Below, piece by piece: positions 30,479 to 39,846 of a stretch of 64,000 nt of DNA. Source of the DNA: Candidatus Poribacteria bacterium (GTDB lineage Bacteria > Poribacteria > WGA-4E > PCPOR2b); assembly GCA_965223985.1 (NCBI GenBank), contig OZ245030.1, positions 2,240,082 to 2,304,081 of the forward strand. The letters run 5' to 3'. How positions within the stretch are numbered: position 1 is the stretch's first letter; every line of letters begins with the position of its first letter. The position numbers and the translations under genes are program-made. The notes under the pieces were generated by a model, which had not been told where the DNA came from, made no database searches, and was given only the letters and a program-made list of their open reading frames with translations.

Positions 30479-30753
30479 GCGCACTGTCTCCATAACCGAG
30501 ACTTCAAAGCCTCAAATGTACACACGCTGAAAATGGATTAAGAATGGATTACTGTCCAAATCTAATCGCCCGGAACCGCTCCACAACTGAGTTAAAATTT
30601 CTCGCATTTTATTTCTAATCCATTTCCACAAATTTTAGCATCGCGCGAACCCGCTCCACTACGAGATCGCGGCACGGAAAAAAGGAAGATCGGACAGCCA
30701 AAAATGGATTAGAACAGATTGAAGCTAAATCTTAAAGCAATGAGGTGATAATA

Positions 30754-31272
30754 ATGAACACACAGATCCAAAACGAATTCAAAAAACCGATGAGACGTCA
30801 AAATTGGGCGACCAAACTCAAAGATGACGCCCTCAAAACTGAAGTCGCATGCGACATCGTCGTTGACGGCGTGGCTAAAGTCGTCAGTTCGTTGTATGAA
30901 CGGTTCCCCAAGTGCCAACGTCACGACAGCGACCCAAAATCCGATAGAGCCGCCGACGAGACCGACATTCGCAACGCAATCCGTAGTTGCAACCCCCGCA
31001 ACCGTCGCTTCCACGGAGAAAAATTCGGCGAAGTCGTCCGTGAAGAATTCTTCAAAATGCTGGATGTCGCGCTTGTCCGTTCAATGCCGGAAATCGTTAA
31101 AACCATCAATTGGTTCCAAGAAACCAACCAACTCGCAAGCCAGATAAACGGCACCGAACAATTAAACCTGCTGCACCGCGCACGAATACACAAGCTATTT
31201 CTTGAATTCTATGCCAAGCATCTCAACATCTTCACAGACATTCCTCATCAGCCCTATTCGGAAGAAGAATAA
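30754..31272 (+). CDS. Hypothetical protein in the small-terminase position
   Basis: RBS GAGGTG; helical 172-aa ORF overlapping or abutting terL. The TerS role is positional inference only. Confidence 0.6.
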   Translation: MNTQIQNEFKKPMRRQNWATKLKDDALKTEVACDIVVDGVAKVVSSLYERFPKCQRHDSDPKSDRAADETDIRNAIRSCNPRNRRFHGEKFGEVVREEFFKMLDVALVRSMPEIVKTINWFQETNQLASQINGTEQLNLLHRARIHKLFLEFYAKHLNIFTDIPHQPYSEEE

Positions 31273-33028
31273 AGCGCCGGTCCGACCGAACAGAAGCCTG
31301 ATTCGGGAATTTCGGCAGATGACGATCGAGGAAGCGCGGTCGCGCGCGAACAACCGCGAGTGCCGAGCCCACGCCGCATTCGTCTATCCCGAATTCTTTG
31401 TGGAATTTTACCTCCACAACCCGGAAACCATGTCGCCGTTGCAGCCGCACCATGTCAAACTGCTCAACCTCATCCCTTATGACACAACAGGTGTGAAAGT
31501 TAACGTCCAAGCCCCGCGCGGCTCCGCAAAGACTACATGCTGCGCCCTCTGGTACCCGCTCTGGCGAATCTGCTTCAAAGCCTTCCAACTCGCTGAAGGC
31601 GTCCCGGACGAAAAATTTATCCTCATCATCAGCCGCAACGAACTCATGGCAAAGAAGATTCTGCGCGGCATCAAACGCCTTATGGATAAACCCAAAATTG
31701 CCCGTGACTTCGGAGTCCTCCGAGGTCCAGTCTGGAAAACGGTTGAATGCGAGACCGCAAACGGCGTAACACTCTTGCCGCTCGGACGCAACCAATCCCC
31801 GCGCGGCGCGCTCGTTGACGAAAAACGCCCGTCACTCGTCCTCGTCGATGACCTCGAAGACCCGAAACGCTGCCTGAACCCCGACCTGCGTGCAGAAGAT
31901 TGGGATTGGTTCTTTTCAGATGTCATGTTCACTTCCGACATCGGCGGAAACCTTAACTGTATCTACTCCGATACCGTCAAACACCCGGACAGCTTGTCCA
32001 TGCGGCTAACGAAGACCGCCGGCTGGAAGACCGTCCACTTCAAAGCCATACCCGACCCCGAAGACCTGTACCACCCGACGCACGAATATCTCTGGAAAGA
32101 ATGGGAGGGAATTTATGGAGATTTGACATTAGATGACGAAGAACGGAAAGCGAAGTCGGACCAATTCTATAACGCCAACGCGGAGGCGATGAACAGCGGC
32201 GTCGTTGCCCTCTGGCAGGAGAAGCTGTCCTATCTCATAGTCCGAAAGGAGATTGTTGAGCGCGGATACCACCTGTGCATGAGAGAACTTCAGAACATCG
32301 CACGCGACCCCAGCATGGCACTCTTCGATATGGAAAACGCCGTCACATTCCGAGTTGAAGACAACGGACTCAGGCGTTCGGACGGACGGCTCGTCTTTTG
32401 GCATGAAATCGGCGGATTCACCACCTATCTCGACTCGATGGGTGGGAAGGATAGTCGCCAAAACGCTTTCGCCTGCGCAGTCGTTGTTGCTTGGGAGCCT
32501 CTTCAGGGTGGATATAAACTGAATGCCGACTCCCTCGCAGGTGTCAGCGGATACATCTTGCTCTGCTGGATGGACCGCGTCCCGCTCACAGAACAGATGA
32601 AGAATGCCATCCTTCTCCACCAACGCGCGCTATCAATGCTAGCAAATCTAAACCCAGAATCCAACTTCGTTTGCGAACAACGGCCCGACCCGGATGGTAC
32701 GATTCTCACTTCTAGTAACCTTGCATTTCACAAAGCCGCGCAAGATTTGATGTTCAACCAAAGAATCTATTACCATCCACAGAACCAAAACAAAGAAGCG
32801 CGAATCGAAACCCTTCAACCCGCAATCGCTAGCGGTTGGCTGGCGTTCAATGCCCAGGGCTTGCCTGCGGAGTTCTGGACGCAGTTCCGACAGTTCCCGA
32901 CCGCAGAGCATAACGACGCCCCCGACGCCGTTCAAGGTGCATGCCGCGCACGAATCCACACCACCGCACGCCAACGTGAATATGAAGAGCGGCGGCGCGA
33001 AAACCGTAGGAATATCGTTCACATATAA
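31202..33028 (+). CDS. terL: Phage terminase large subunit
   Basis: Walker A QAPRGSAKTT, Walker B LVLVDDLED, RNase H-like nuclease YLDS...E...KEARI...QFPTAEHNDAPDA. The real start is probably ATG 31211 or 31319. Confidence 0.85.
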   Translation: MNSMPSISTSSQTFLISPIRKKNKAPVRPNRSLIREFRQMTIEEARSRANNRECRAHAAFVYPEFFVEFYLHNPETMSPLQPHHVKLLNLIPYDTTGVKVNVQAPRGSAKTTCCALWYPLWRICFKAFQLAEGVPDEKFILIISRNELMAKKILRGIKRLMDKPKIARDFGVLRGPVWKTVECETANGVTLLPLGRNQSPRGALVDEKRPSLVLVDDLEDPKRCLNPDLRAEDWDWFFSDVMFTSDIGGNLNCIYSDTVKHPDSLSMRLTKTAGWKTVHFKAIPDPEDLYHPTHEYLWKEWEGIYGDLTLDDEERKAKSDQFYNANAEAMNSGVVALWQEKLSYLIVRKEIVERGYHLCMRELQNIARDPSMALFDMENAVTFRVEDNGLRRSDGRLVFWHEIGGFTTYLDSMGGKDSRQNAFACAVVVAWEPLQGGYKLNADSLAGVSGYILLCWMDRVPLTEQMKNAILLHQRALSMLANLNPESNFVCEQRPDPDGTILTSSNLAFHKAAQDLMFNQRIYYHPQNQNKEARIETLQPAIASGWLAFNAQGLPAEFWTQFRQFPTAEHNDAPDAVQGACRARIHTTARQREYEERRRENRRNIVHI

Positions 33029-33129
33029 CTCAACGGCTTGAGCTCCGACGTTCTCCCCCGTTTTGACTTCACCCTTGACTTCTGTTTCGACATTATGACA
33101 TAATCTTAAACCAATCCGAAATAAAACTT

Positions 33130-33166
33130 AGTTTTCGTAGGTCGGGTTGCGCAATCAACCGACTAC
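33130..33166. repeat. Short REP-like element G (right edge of terminase module)
   Basis: AGTTTTCGTAGGTCGGGTTG-cgcaat-CAACCGACTAC. Confidence 0.6.
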
Positions 33167-33204
33167 ACACTCTTTTTGTGTTGACATTTATGTGGAGGGC
33201 GTTT

Positions 33205-33627
33205 ATGCTGAAGTACATTCATACGCTGGAAGATTTGAAGAACAGTTTTACGGGATGGGGCGACGAAACAGTTCCCGGAATACCTCGTGAAGAAGCAGGA
33301 TACTCGGTCGTCATTACCTGCCCCGAGGGCGAATTGTACGAAAAACAAGACTCCAATCCGTTTCCCACGAAACGCCTAATCGTTGGCATTCACACATGGC
33401 CCCCAGGGAAAGCGCACGGGAGCCACCACCATCCAAGCTGGGAACAGTGCTATTTCATCTTTGCGGGGCAAGCGGAAATCACTGTCGGCGATGAAAAACA
33501 GATTGTCGGACCAGGAGGCTCAGCGTATATGCCGGCAAAGGTAGAACACGACGTTGTTGCAGTCGGCGACGACACGATGGTCGCCGCAGTGATTAGTTGC
33601 GTGTTGGACGAAGACGAACTCGACTAG
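33205..33627 (+). CDS. Cupin domain protein
   Basis: HHHPSWEQCY...MPAKVEHDV; RBS GGAGG. Confidence 0.85.
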   Translation: MLKYIHTLEDLKNSFTGWGDETVPGIPREEAGYSVVITCPEGELYEKQDSNPFPTKRLIVGIHTWPPGKAHGSHHHPSWEQCYFIFAGQAEITVGDEKQIVGPGGSAYMPAKVEHDVVAVGDDTMVAAVISCVLDEDELD

Positions 33628-33928
33628 TACACTGAGAAACAAGTTTAGAACGATTCTATTACTCCTCTGTAGAATCAACTGAGCGAATAGATCAAGCGAC
33701 TGGATAAGGAGTGCGATAGCGATTTTAGGCGATAGTCATTGTAGTTCTTCATAGAGATCTTAGGCAATAGTCTTCTAAAGCTATAGCGCTCCCTATGCGG
33801 TTGCTTGTCCCGACCAGCGGGTCTAGGAAGCCCCGCCTACAGAAATTGTAATTATTTACCTGACGCTGTCTTATAACACGGGGTGGACCATAGTACCATT
33901 CCCTATGTCATCCAAAGGAGATAATTGC

Positions 33929-34993
33929 GTGGAATCTACGCTTCGGATTCAAGCAGATACGCTTCGAGATTATTGCGCACGCCTCTTTGAGGCGGTTGGG
34001 ACACCGCACGAGGTCGCTGAAGTGGTAGCCCAAATCCTTGTTGACTCTGACCTCAAGGGACATACCTCGCACGGTGTGTCGCAAATCCCAACTTATACAG
34101 AGCCGGCTCGAGCGGGCTACATAGATGCAATAGAAAATGAAAGGCTAATCCCTGACGGGATGCCCGAGCTAGTCCGAGAAACGCCCAGCACCGCGCTGGT
34201 CGACGGTCATGTAGGTTGGGGGCACTATGCTGGACGATGGTGCATGGACCTCGCGATGCACAAAGCACGCGCCACCGGGATAGGCGCCGTAAGCCTCACA
34301 CGCACGCATCATATCGGCAGACTCGGGGAGTTCGTTGAACAAGCTGCCGCGGACGGATTCATCGGCATGGTAACGTCGGGCTGGGGCGGAGAACGTCGAG
34401 GCGGTGCCGTGCCGTTCGGTGGTGCTGATGGAACGTTGTCGACTAATCCCATAGCGCTCGGCGTGCCGTCCGCGGATGGCAGACACTTTATTTCCGATTT
34501 CGCAACAACTATGCTCTCCGGTGCAAAGATTCACATCGCCCGTGTAAAAGGAGCAGAGCTTCCCCCAGGCTGCATTATTGACAAGCACGGACAGCCAAGC
34601 GTCGACCCCGGCGACCTCTTTGACGGCGGAAATATGCTAGTCTTCGGCGGATATAAGGGTTATGCTATCTCCCTACTGACCTGTCTGATTGGCGGGCTTG
34701 CCGCCGTTAGCCCCGAATCGGAACGTATGGGCGGCACCTACTTTCAAGCAATCGACATCAGCGTTTTCCAACCGCTCGACGCTTATCAACAAGCTGTCAA
34801 CGTTTTCCTGGATGGGATTCGATCTGTCCCGCCAGCGCCCGGTTTCTCCGAAGTGCTCGTTCCCGGTGACCTGGAACGGCAAGCTGAAGAAAAACACTCA
34901 CGTGAGGGTATCGAACTGCCCGAAATAGTGTGGAAGTTAGTCTTGGAGCACGGAAAAAAGTACGGCGTACACGAAAACGAATCAACTGACTAA
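33929..34993 (+). CDS. Ldh_2 family (type 2 malate/L-lactate/sulfolactate dehydrogenase-like) oxidoreductase
   Basis: DLKGHTSHG, HHIGRLG, LSTNPIA, GGYKGYAI; GTG start after AAGGAG. Confidence 0.9.
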   Translation: MESTLRIQADTLRDYCARLFEAVGTPHEVAEVVAQILVDSDLKGHTSHGVSQIPTYTEPARAGYIDAIENERLIPDGMPELVRETPSTALVDGHVGWGHYAGRWCMDLAMHKARATGIGAVSLTRTHHIGRLGEFVEQAAADGFIGMVTSGWGGERRGGAVPFGGADGTLSTNPIALGVPSADGRHFISDFATTMLSGAKIHIARVKGAELPPGCIIDKHGQPSVDPGDLFDGGNMLVFGGYKGYAISLLTCLIGGLAAVSPESERMGGTYFQAIDISVFQPLDAYQQAVNVFLDGIRSVPPAPGFSEVLVPGDLERQAEEKHSREGIELPEIVWKLVLEHGKKYGVHENESTD

Positions 34994-35021
34994 CCCACAA
35001 ACCTTCTTAAAGAGTAGACAC

Positions 35022-35888
35022 ATGCAAATCGCGCTTGACCCCTGGATGATACGAGACCGTTCGCTGACTGAAGTTTGCAGATTTGCCGCCGAAACTGGAC
35101 ACCAGTGGATCGAACTGTCGCCGCGTGACGATTTCTTGCCCCTGTTCGTAGCGCCCAGAGCAAATCGCGAAAACATTGCCGAGTTTAAGCGAGCGTTGCG
35201 CAACTGCAACGTCGGATTGGCATCCATGTGGACAGTTTACCGATGGTCTGAACCGAATAACCCTGAAGCACGCGCAGCGGCTGTAAACTACTGGGATAAA
35301 GCGATCCAGGTGGCGATTGAGCTCGGATGTACACACTTAAATTCGGAGTTCAGTGGGAACCCGGACGCACCGGAGGCCTGTGACGCCGCATTCTGGCGTT
35401 CCATGGAGGAGATCGTCCCCATCCTTGAACGGGAACACATCACCATGGCGATTGAACCGCATCCAGGCGACTTTGTTGAAGATGGTAACAGTGCAGTAGA
35501 CATTATCCGTGCGATTGGGTCGCCATATATCAGATACCTGTACTGTGCCCCCCACACCTATCACATGGGCGGTAATATGACCGAGATGATTCGCTACGCA
35601 GCCCCGGTTCTGGATCACGTCCATGTCGCCGACACACTCGATCACCGGATTCCGGTTCGGTATATCGTCAATCCGCTTGGTTCCTCAGTCCGTATTCATC
35701 AACATCTCAATATCGGGGAGGGAGAGATTGATTGGGATACGTTCTTCCGTACACTTCAGGAGGTCGGGTTTGATGGAGTTATGACCAATTCGGTATTTGC
35801 ATGGCCCGATAAAGCCGAGGAAGCTGCGACGTTCATGGCAAATACCATAAACCAGTATCTTGAAAGGTTCGACTTTGGAAACCGATAA
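35022..35888 (+). CDS. IolH-like sugar-phosphate isomerase/epimerase
   Basis: IALDPWM, IELSPRDDF, IEPHPGDF, YLYCAPH, HQHLNIGEGEIDWD. Confidence 0.8.
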   Translation: MQIALDPWMIRDRSLTEVCRFAAETGHQWIELSPRDDFLPLFVAPRANRENIAEFKRALRNCNVGLASMWTVYRWSEPNNPEARAAAVNYWDKAIQVAIELGCTHLNSEFSGNPDAPEACDAAFWRSMEEIVPILEREHITMAIEPHPGDFVEDGNSAVDIIRAIGSPYIRYLYCAPHTYHMGGNMTEMIRYAAPVLDHVHVADTLDHRIPVRYIVNPLGSSVRIHQHLNIGEGEIDWDTFFRTLQEVGFDGVMTNSVFAWPDKAEEAATFMANTINQYLERFDFGNR

Positions 35889-35970
35889 TCAAGAATGAAA
35901 GTTGTTTCGTGTGCACGGTAAGCTTTAGCCAAAAGGAAAACGGATTCAACGGCATTGTCAGGAGCAGTTC

Positions 35971-36384
35971 ATGATGCGTGTTGAGAACAATAACCGCTGT
36001 TTCGCTTGTGGTAAAGAGAACCCATTTGGTCTGAAAGTTCATCCTGATATCGCGCCAGACGGAACACAGGTCAGGATTGAATGTACCCCGCCAGACCACT
36101 TCCAAGGATGGGCAAACATCGTACACGGCGGTATCTTGAGCACCTTGTTGGATGAGGCGATAACATACGTGGGCATCGCCAGTTTTGATAGTCCCGCGGT
36201 AACTGCTCAACTCGATATTCGATTCAAAAGTCCCGCGCCCGCCGGACAGAAACTTATTGTGACCGCCAATCGGCTGAAAATCGCAAAGCGGCTCATTGAG
36301 GTAGTGGCGGAGATTAAGCTGCAAGATGGAACACAGGTCGCTGAAGGAACCGGAAAAGTCATGAAGGTCGCTGGGGTATTCTAG
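35971..36384 (+). CDS. PaaI-family (hotdog) thioesterase
   Basis: CFACGKENPFGL, HGGILSTLLDE. Confidence 0.9.
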   Translation: MMRVENNNRCFACGKENPFGLKVHPDIAPDGTQVRIECTPPDHFQGWANIVHGGILSTLLDEAITYVGIASFDSPAVTAQLDIRFKSPAPAGQKLIVTANRLKIAKRLIEVVAEIKLQDGTQVAEGTGKVMKVAGVF

Positions 36385-36475
36385 ATATAGTTCGCTCCGC
36401 TCTCTAGCTTGAGCCATGTAGGTAAACTGTTACGAAGGAGTATTATATGCGATTCCCGAATCGCATTAGAGCCAA

Positions 36476-38113
36476 ATGAGTCGCCGATATCTCATCCATT
36501 TTGATTCTGCGAAGCTCCCGAGAATCGACACCGATATTTTGGTTGTTGGAAGTGGCAGCGCTGGATTAAGGGCAGCCATTGAAGCCAATCGTCATGGGGA
36601 TGTCGTGTTGATCACAAAAGGCGCGCTTCAAGAGAGTAGTTCGCGCTATGCGCAAGGTGGCATCGCCGTTGTCATGAGTGCGGATGACGAAATCGGTTTC
36701 CATGTCGAAGATACCCTCAACGCAGGAGCTGGACTCTGCAACGAAACTGCTGTACAGATCATGGTTGAAGAGGGAATTGAACGGGTCTCGGAACTAATTC
36801 AATGGGGCGCAAATTTCGATAAAGAGGGTGAAGCCCTCGGTTTCACCCAGGAAGCGGCGCATCAACGCCGGCGTATAGTTCACCGAGGCGACGCCACTGG
36901 CGCAGAAACCACGCACGTTTTAGTTACGCATCTCATGAAGCAAAAGCGGATACAAGTTATCGAGCACGCCTTCGCGGTCGACTTTATGACGCAGGACAAC
37001 ACATGCTACGGGGTAGTCGCCCTCATCAATAACACCCTCCATTGCATCTTTGCCAAAGCCACAATCCTTGCAGCAGGTGGGCTTGGGCGTATCTATAAAT
37101 GTACGTCGAACCCAGAAGTTGCAACGGGCGACGGCTTCGCTCTCGCGTGGAGGGCGGGCTGTGAAATGATGGATATGGAGTTTGTCCAATTTCATCCAAC
37201 GACCCTGTTCCTAATGGGTGCACCCCATTTCTTAATCTCTGAAGCCTTGCGGGGTGAGGGCGGAACCTTAATCAGCGGGCGTGGAGAACGGTTTATGGGA
37301 AAATATCACGAACTGGAAGAGCTCGCACCGCGAGATGTGGTGAGCCGCGCCATCCTAAGTGAAATGGAATTGACGGGTTTGCCCTGTGTCTATTTGGATA
37401 TCACACATCTATCCCCGAATTTCATACAGAACCGCTTCCCGACAATCTATCAAACGTGTAGTCAGTACGGAATCGAAATTTCAACAGATTTAATCCCTGT
37501 TCGACCTGGAGCGCATTTTATGATGGGCGGTGTCCGAACCAATATGAATACCGAGACCGTTATTCGCGGACTTTCCGCCTGTGGAGAAGTTGCCTGCACA
37601 GGCGTCCATGGCGCGAATCGACTCGCGAGTAATTCATTGCTTGAGTGTATCGTTTTCGGCACTCGTGCGGGGACAGCCGCGGCTGAATATGTGGGGACAC
37701 TCGGAACAAAAGTGTATGCGAATGTTCGGATTCGGTCAGATGACGAATCAGAATCTAGCGACGATGAATTCAATGGCGTAGCCGCTCCGACTGGTGAGGT
37801 CAACTCAGCCCAAGATATTGTCCGTGAGCTGATGTGGAAACACACCGGCATCCTCAGGAATGGGGAGGACCTAAAGATAGTTGCCGATGCGTTGGCAACA
37901 TTGGATCAGTCAATATTGGGAAATCAAGTTAAAGCGCTCGAACTTCAGAATATGCTTGAGGTCGCGAGGTTGATAACTCGTATAGCAATTGTACGCACCG
38001 AAAGCCGGGGAGGACACTATCGGGAGGACTTCTCCGAAAGAGATGACACGCATTGGCGAAAACACCTCGTCGTTCGTCGAAATGAGCAAACGTTGAGATT
38101 TGAGCCGGTGTAG
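36476..38113 (+). CDS. nadB: L-aspartate oxidase
   Basis: GSGSAGL, YAQGGIA, EAAH, MEFVQFHPT, TGVHGANRLASNSLLE, ESRGGHYR. Confidence 0.92.
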   Translation: MSRRYLIHFDSAKLPRIDTDILVVGSGSAGLRAAIEANRHGDVVLITKGALQESSSRYAQGGIAVVMSADDEIGFHVEDTLNAGAGLCNETAVQIMVEEGIERVSELIQWGANFDKEGEALGFTQEAAHQRRRIVHRGDATGAETTHVLVTHLMKQKRIQVIEHAFAVDFMTQDNTCYGVVALINNTLHCIFAKATILAAGGLGRIYKCTSNPEVATGDGFALAWRAGCEMMDMEFVQFHPTTLFLMGAPHFLISEALRGEGGTLISGRGERFMGKYHELEELAPRDVVSRAILSEMELTGLPCVYLDITHLSPNFIQNRFPTIYQTCSQYGIEISTDLIPVRPGAHFMMGGVRTNMNTETVIRGLSACGEVACTGVHGANRLASNSLLECIVFGTRAGTAAAEYVGTLGTKVYANVRIRSDDESESSDDEFNGVAAPTGEVNSAQDIVRELMWKHTGILRNGEDLKIVADALATLDQSILGNQVKALELQNMLEVARLITRIAIVRTESRGGHYREDFSERDDTHWRKHLVVRRNEQTLRFEPV

Positions 38114-38217
38114 GTGATAAGAAACCCTACACATTACAAAGTCGCGGGGATAAAGACAAATTCTTTACAGAAAGGACACCTTTTTTCGCCGTTACAGAAA
38201 TGATTTGGGAGATTTAA

Positions 38218-38805
38218 ATGTCAGAGATAACAACTCAGGATGCAATTCAGAATTACAAAGGGGTGCTTCAACAACTCTGTCATGAGAGGAACCTTGGAGA
38301 ACCGTTGTATGAGTCTATTCAGCAAGGAAAACCGGATTCGCCTAGCTGGATGGTTACCGTTGAGTATGGACAATCCAGTTATACAACGCCTGCCCCGATT
38401 CGCGGCTCAAAGCGGCTTGCGGAACAGATGGCAGCCGAACAGGTTCTTGAAACGATCGAGTCTCGCCAAGAAGCATTTTTAGCGGGTAATCCCCTTAACG
38501 GTGAGCCAGAGGCAGTGCAGTCAGTCGAAGCCGTTGCCGAAGTTGAACTGCCAACAAGTGAAACGCCTTCGACGGAAACGCTTAATGTGCCAATCGAACT
38601 GGTTGCAAGCGCACTCGGTATTGCGAATCATCGGTTGGTAACGTTACGCAGTGGAACCCGATATCGTGAGACGGCTGAGTCCGAGAACGCTAGTCAAATG
38701 TTTGCACAAAACCTAGCCGATTTAACCATGAGAATCGTGCGTGAGGTTTTTACTGCTGCAGAGAGGTCAAATATTAAATTTGGCGAGAATGCTGGAAAAA
38801 ACTGA
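38218..38805 (+). CDS. Stand-alone double-stranded RNA-binding domain protein
   Basis: NYKGVLQQLC..LGEPLYE...GSKRLAEQMAAEQVL (RNase III-type dsRBD), with no RNase III catalytic domain. Confidence 0.75.
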   Translation: MSEITTQDAIQNYKGVLQQLCHERNLGEPLYESIQQGKPDSPSWMVTVEYGQSSYTTPAPIRGSKRLAEQMAAEQVLETIESRQEAFLAGNPLNGEPEAVQSVEAVAEVELPTSETPSTETLNVPIELVASALGIANHRLVTLRSGTRYRETAESENASQMFAQNLADLTMRIVREVFTAAERSNIKFGENAGKN

Positions 38806-38912
38806 GTAACACTCAGGAAAAGTCGAGCGATTGCTTTAACGAACACCCAATATCTAATTTGAATTCAAGGTAGAATACTTGAAACATTCAAACAAAAGTG
38901 TTGCAATAATCT

Positions 38913-38941
38913 TTGACATACAATTATCTAGATGCTATAAT
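38913..38941 (+). promoter_or_regulatory. Consensus sigma70 promoter pointing antisense into bfr
   Basis: TTGACA-N17-TATAAT. Confidence 0.85.
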
Positions 38942-38960
38942 TATGCGTTATCACTAAAAT

Positions 38961-38979
38961 GATAATGAGTCTCAATATC
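38961..38979. promoter_or_regulatory. Fur box
   Basis: GATAATGAGTCTCAATATC, 15/19 match to GATAATGATAATCATTATC, just downstream of the promoter and beside iron genes. Confidence 0.8.
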
Positions 38980-39205
38980 ATATCCCTGGCAATTCATGAA
39001 GAAAATTCTTCTTGTGCGGGCGGAAGGCAATCAGATGGTACGGGTTCGAATATAATGGAGGTTGATTTATACACTGTCCTTCGTGCAATCAGACGGTTCA
39101 GACTGTTCTGAATCAGGGGCGTCAAGCACCCCCCGGGCAAAAGTGGTACTACTGTCACCTCTAGCTTAGCGCCTCGCTAACCTTTGGTGTCATAAGGGTA
39201 CATGG

Positions 39206-39685
39206 TTACGCTTCTTCGGTGCCAATTTGTTGCGCAAGGTAGTTTTGGATTCCCATCTGGTTAATCTGGTCTAACTGGGCTTCAATCCAGTCGACGTGGT
39301 CTTCCTCATCTCTGAGAATCTCTTCCAGAAGTTCTCGCGAACCGGCGTCTTTGTGCGTAATTGCGAGCTCGATGAACACATTCAGCCGCTCAACAGCTTC
39401 TTTTTCAAGGTCAAGATCGTTTTCCATCATCTCCTCGACGGTCGTGCCAATCCTAATCTCAAAATAACGCTTCATGTTGGGCATGGCGTTGAGATACAGA
39501 ACCCGCGCGATCAGTTTTTCCGCATGCTTCATCTCACCAATCGCATGCTCACGTATCGTTTGATGGAGATGATTGTATTGCCAATTTTCACAAATTTCGG
39601 AATGGGCGAAATACTGATTGATTGCAGTGAGTTCGGATGTCAAAACTTCGTTGAGAACATCGATGATTTCGGGATGACCGTCCAT
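39206..39685 (-). CDS. bfr: Bacterioferritin
   Basis: ELTAINQYFAH, EMKHAEKLI (heme Met), EEDHVDWIE ferroxidase motifs. Confidence 0.95.
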   Translation of the reverse strand: MDGHPEIIDVLNEVLTSELTAINQYFAHSEICENWQYNHLHQTIREHAIGEMKHAEKLIARVLYLNAMPNMKRYFEIRIGTTVEEMMENDLDLEKEAVERLNVFIELAITHKDAGSRELLEEILRDEEDHVDWIEAQLDQINQMGIQNYLAQQIGTEEA

Positions 39686-39754
39686 TGTTTTCTCCTTTAC
39701 ACTTGGATGAGTTAGCCTTTATCAGAACCCTTCAAATTTAGGTGCACACATAAT

Positions 39755-39784
39755 AGTATAGTTGAGCGTGGTTCGAGATGTCAA
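39755..39784 (-). promoter_or_regulatory. bfr promoter
   Basis: Minus strand TTGACA-N18-TATACT. Confidence 0.65.
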
Positions 39785-39846
39785 GCGGGGAAACTAGAAA
39801 ATCCTTGGCGCATCGAATCCAACAATACATTGATTTGGAGATTACA

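Noticed and set aside
27257-33028. Complete prophage
   Set aside because: No portal, capsid, tail, lysis, integrase or att repeats were recognised.
20923-33166. Integron with attC sites
   Set aside because: The palindromes run GTT...AAC rather than RYYYAAC...GTTRRRY, start with GTAG, and no tyrosine integrase is present in the window.
39030-39055. tRNA (GGTTCGAAT T-loop-like sequence)
   Set aside because: No T-stem closure, acceptor stem or cloverleaf.
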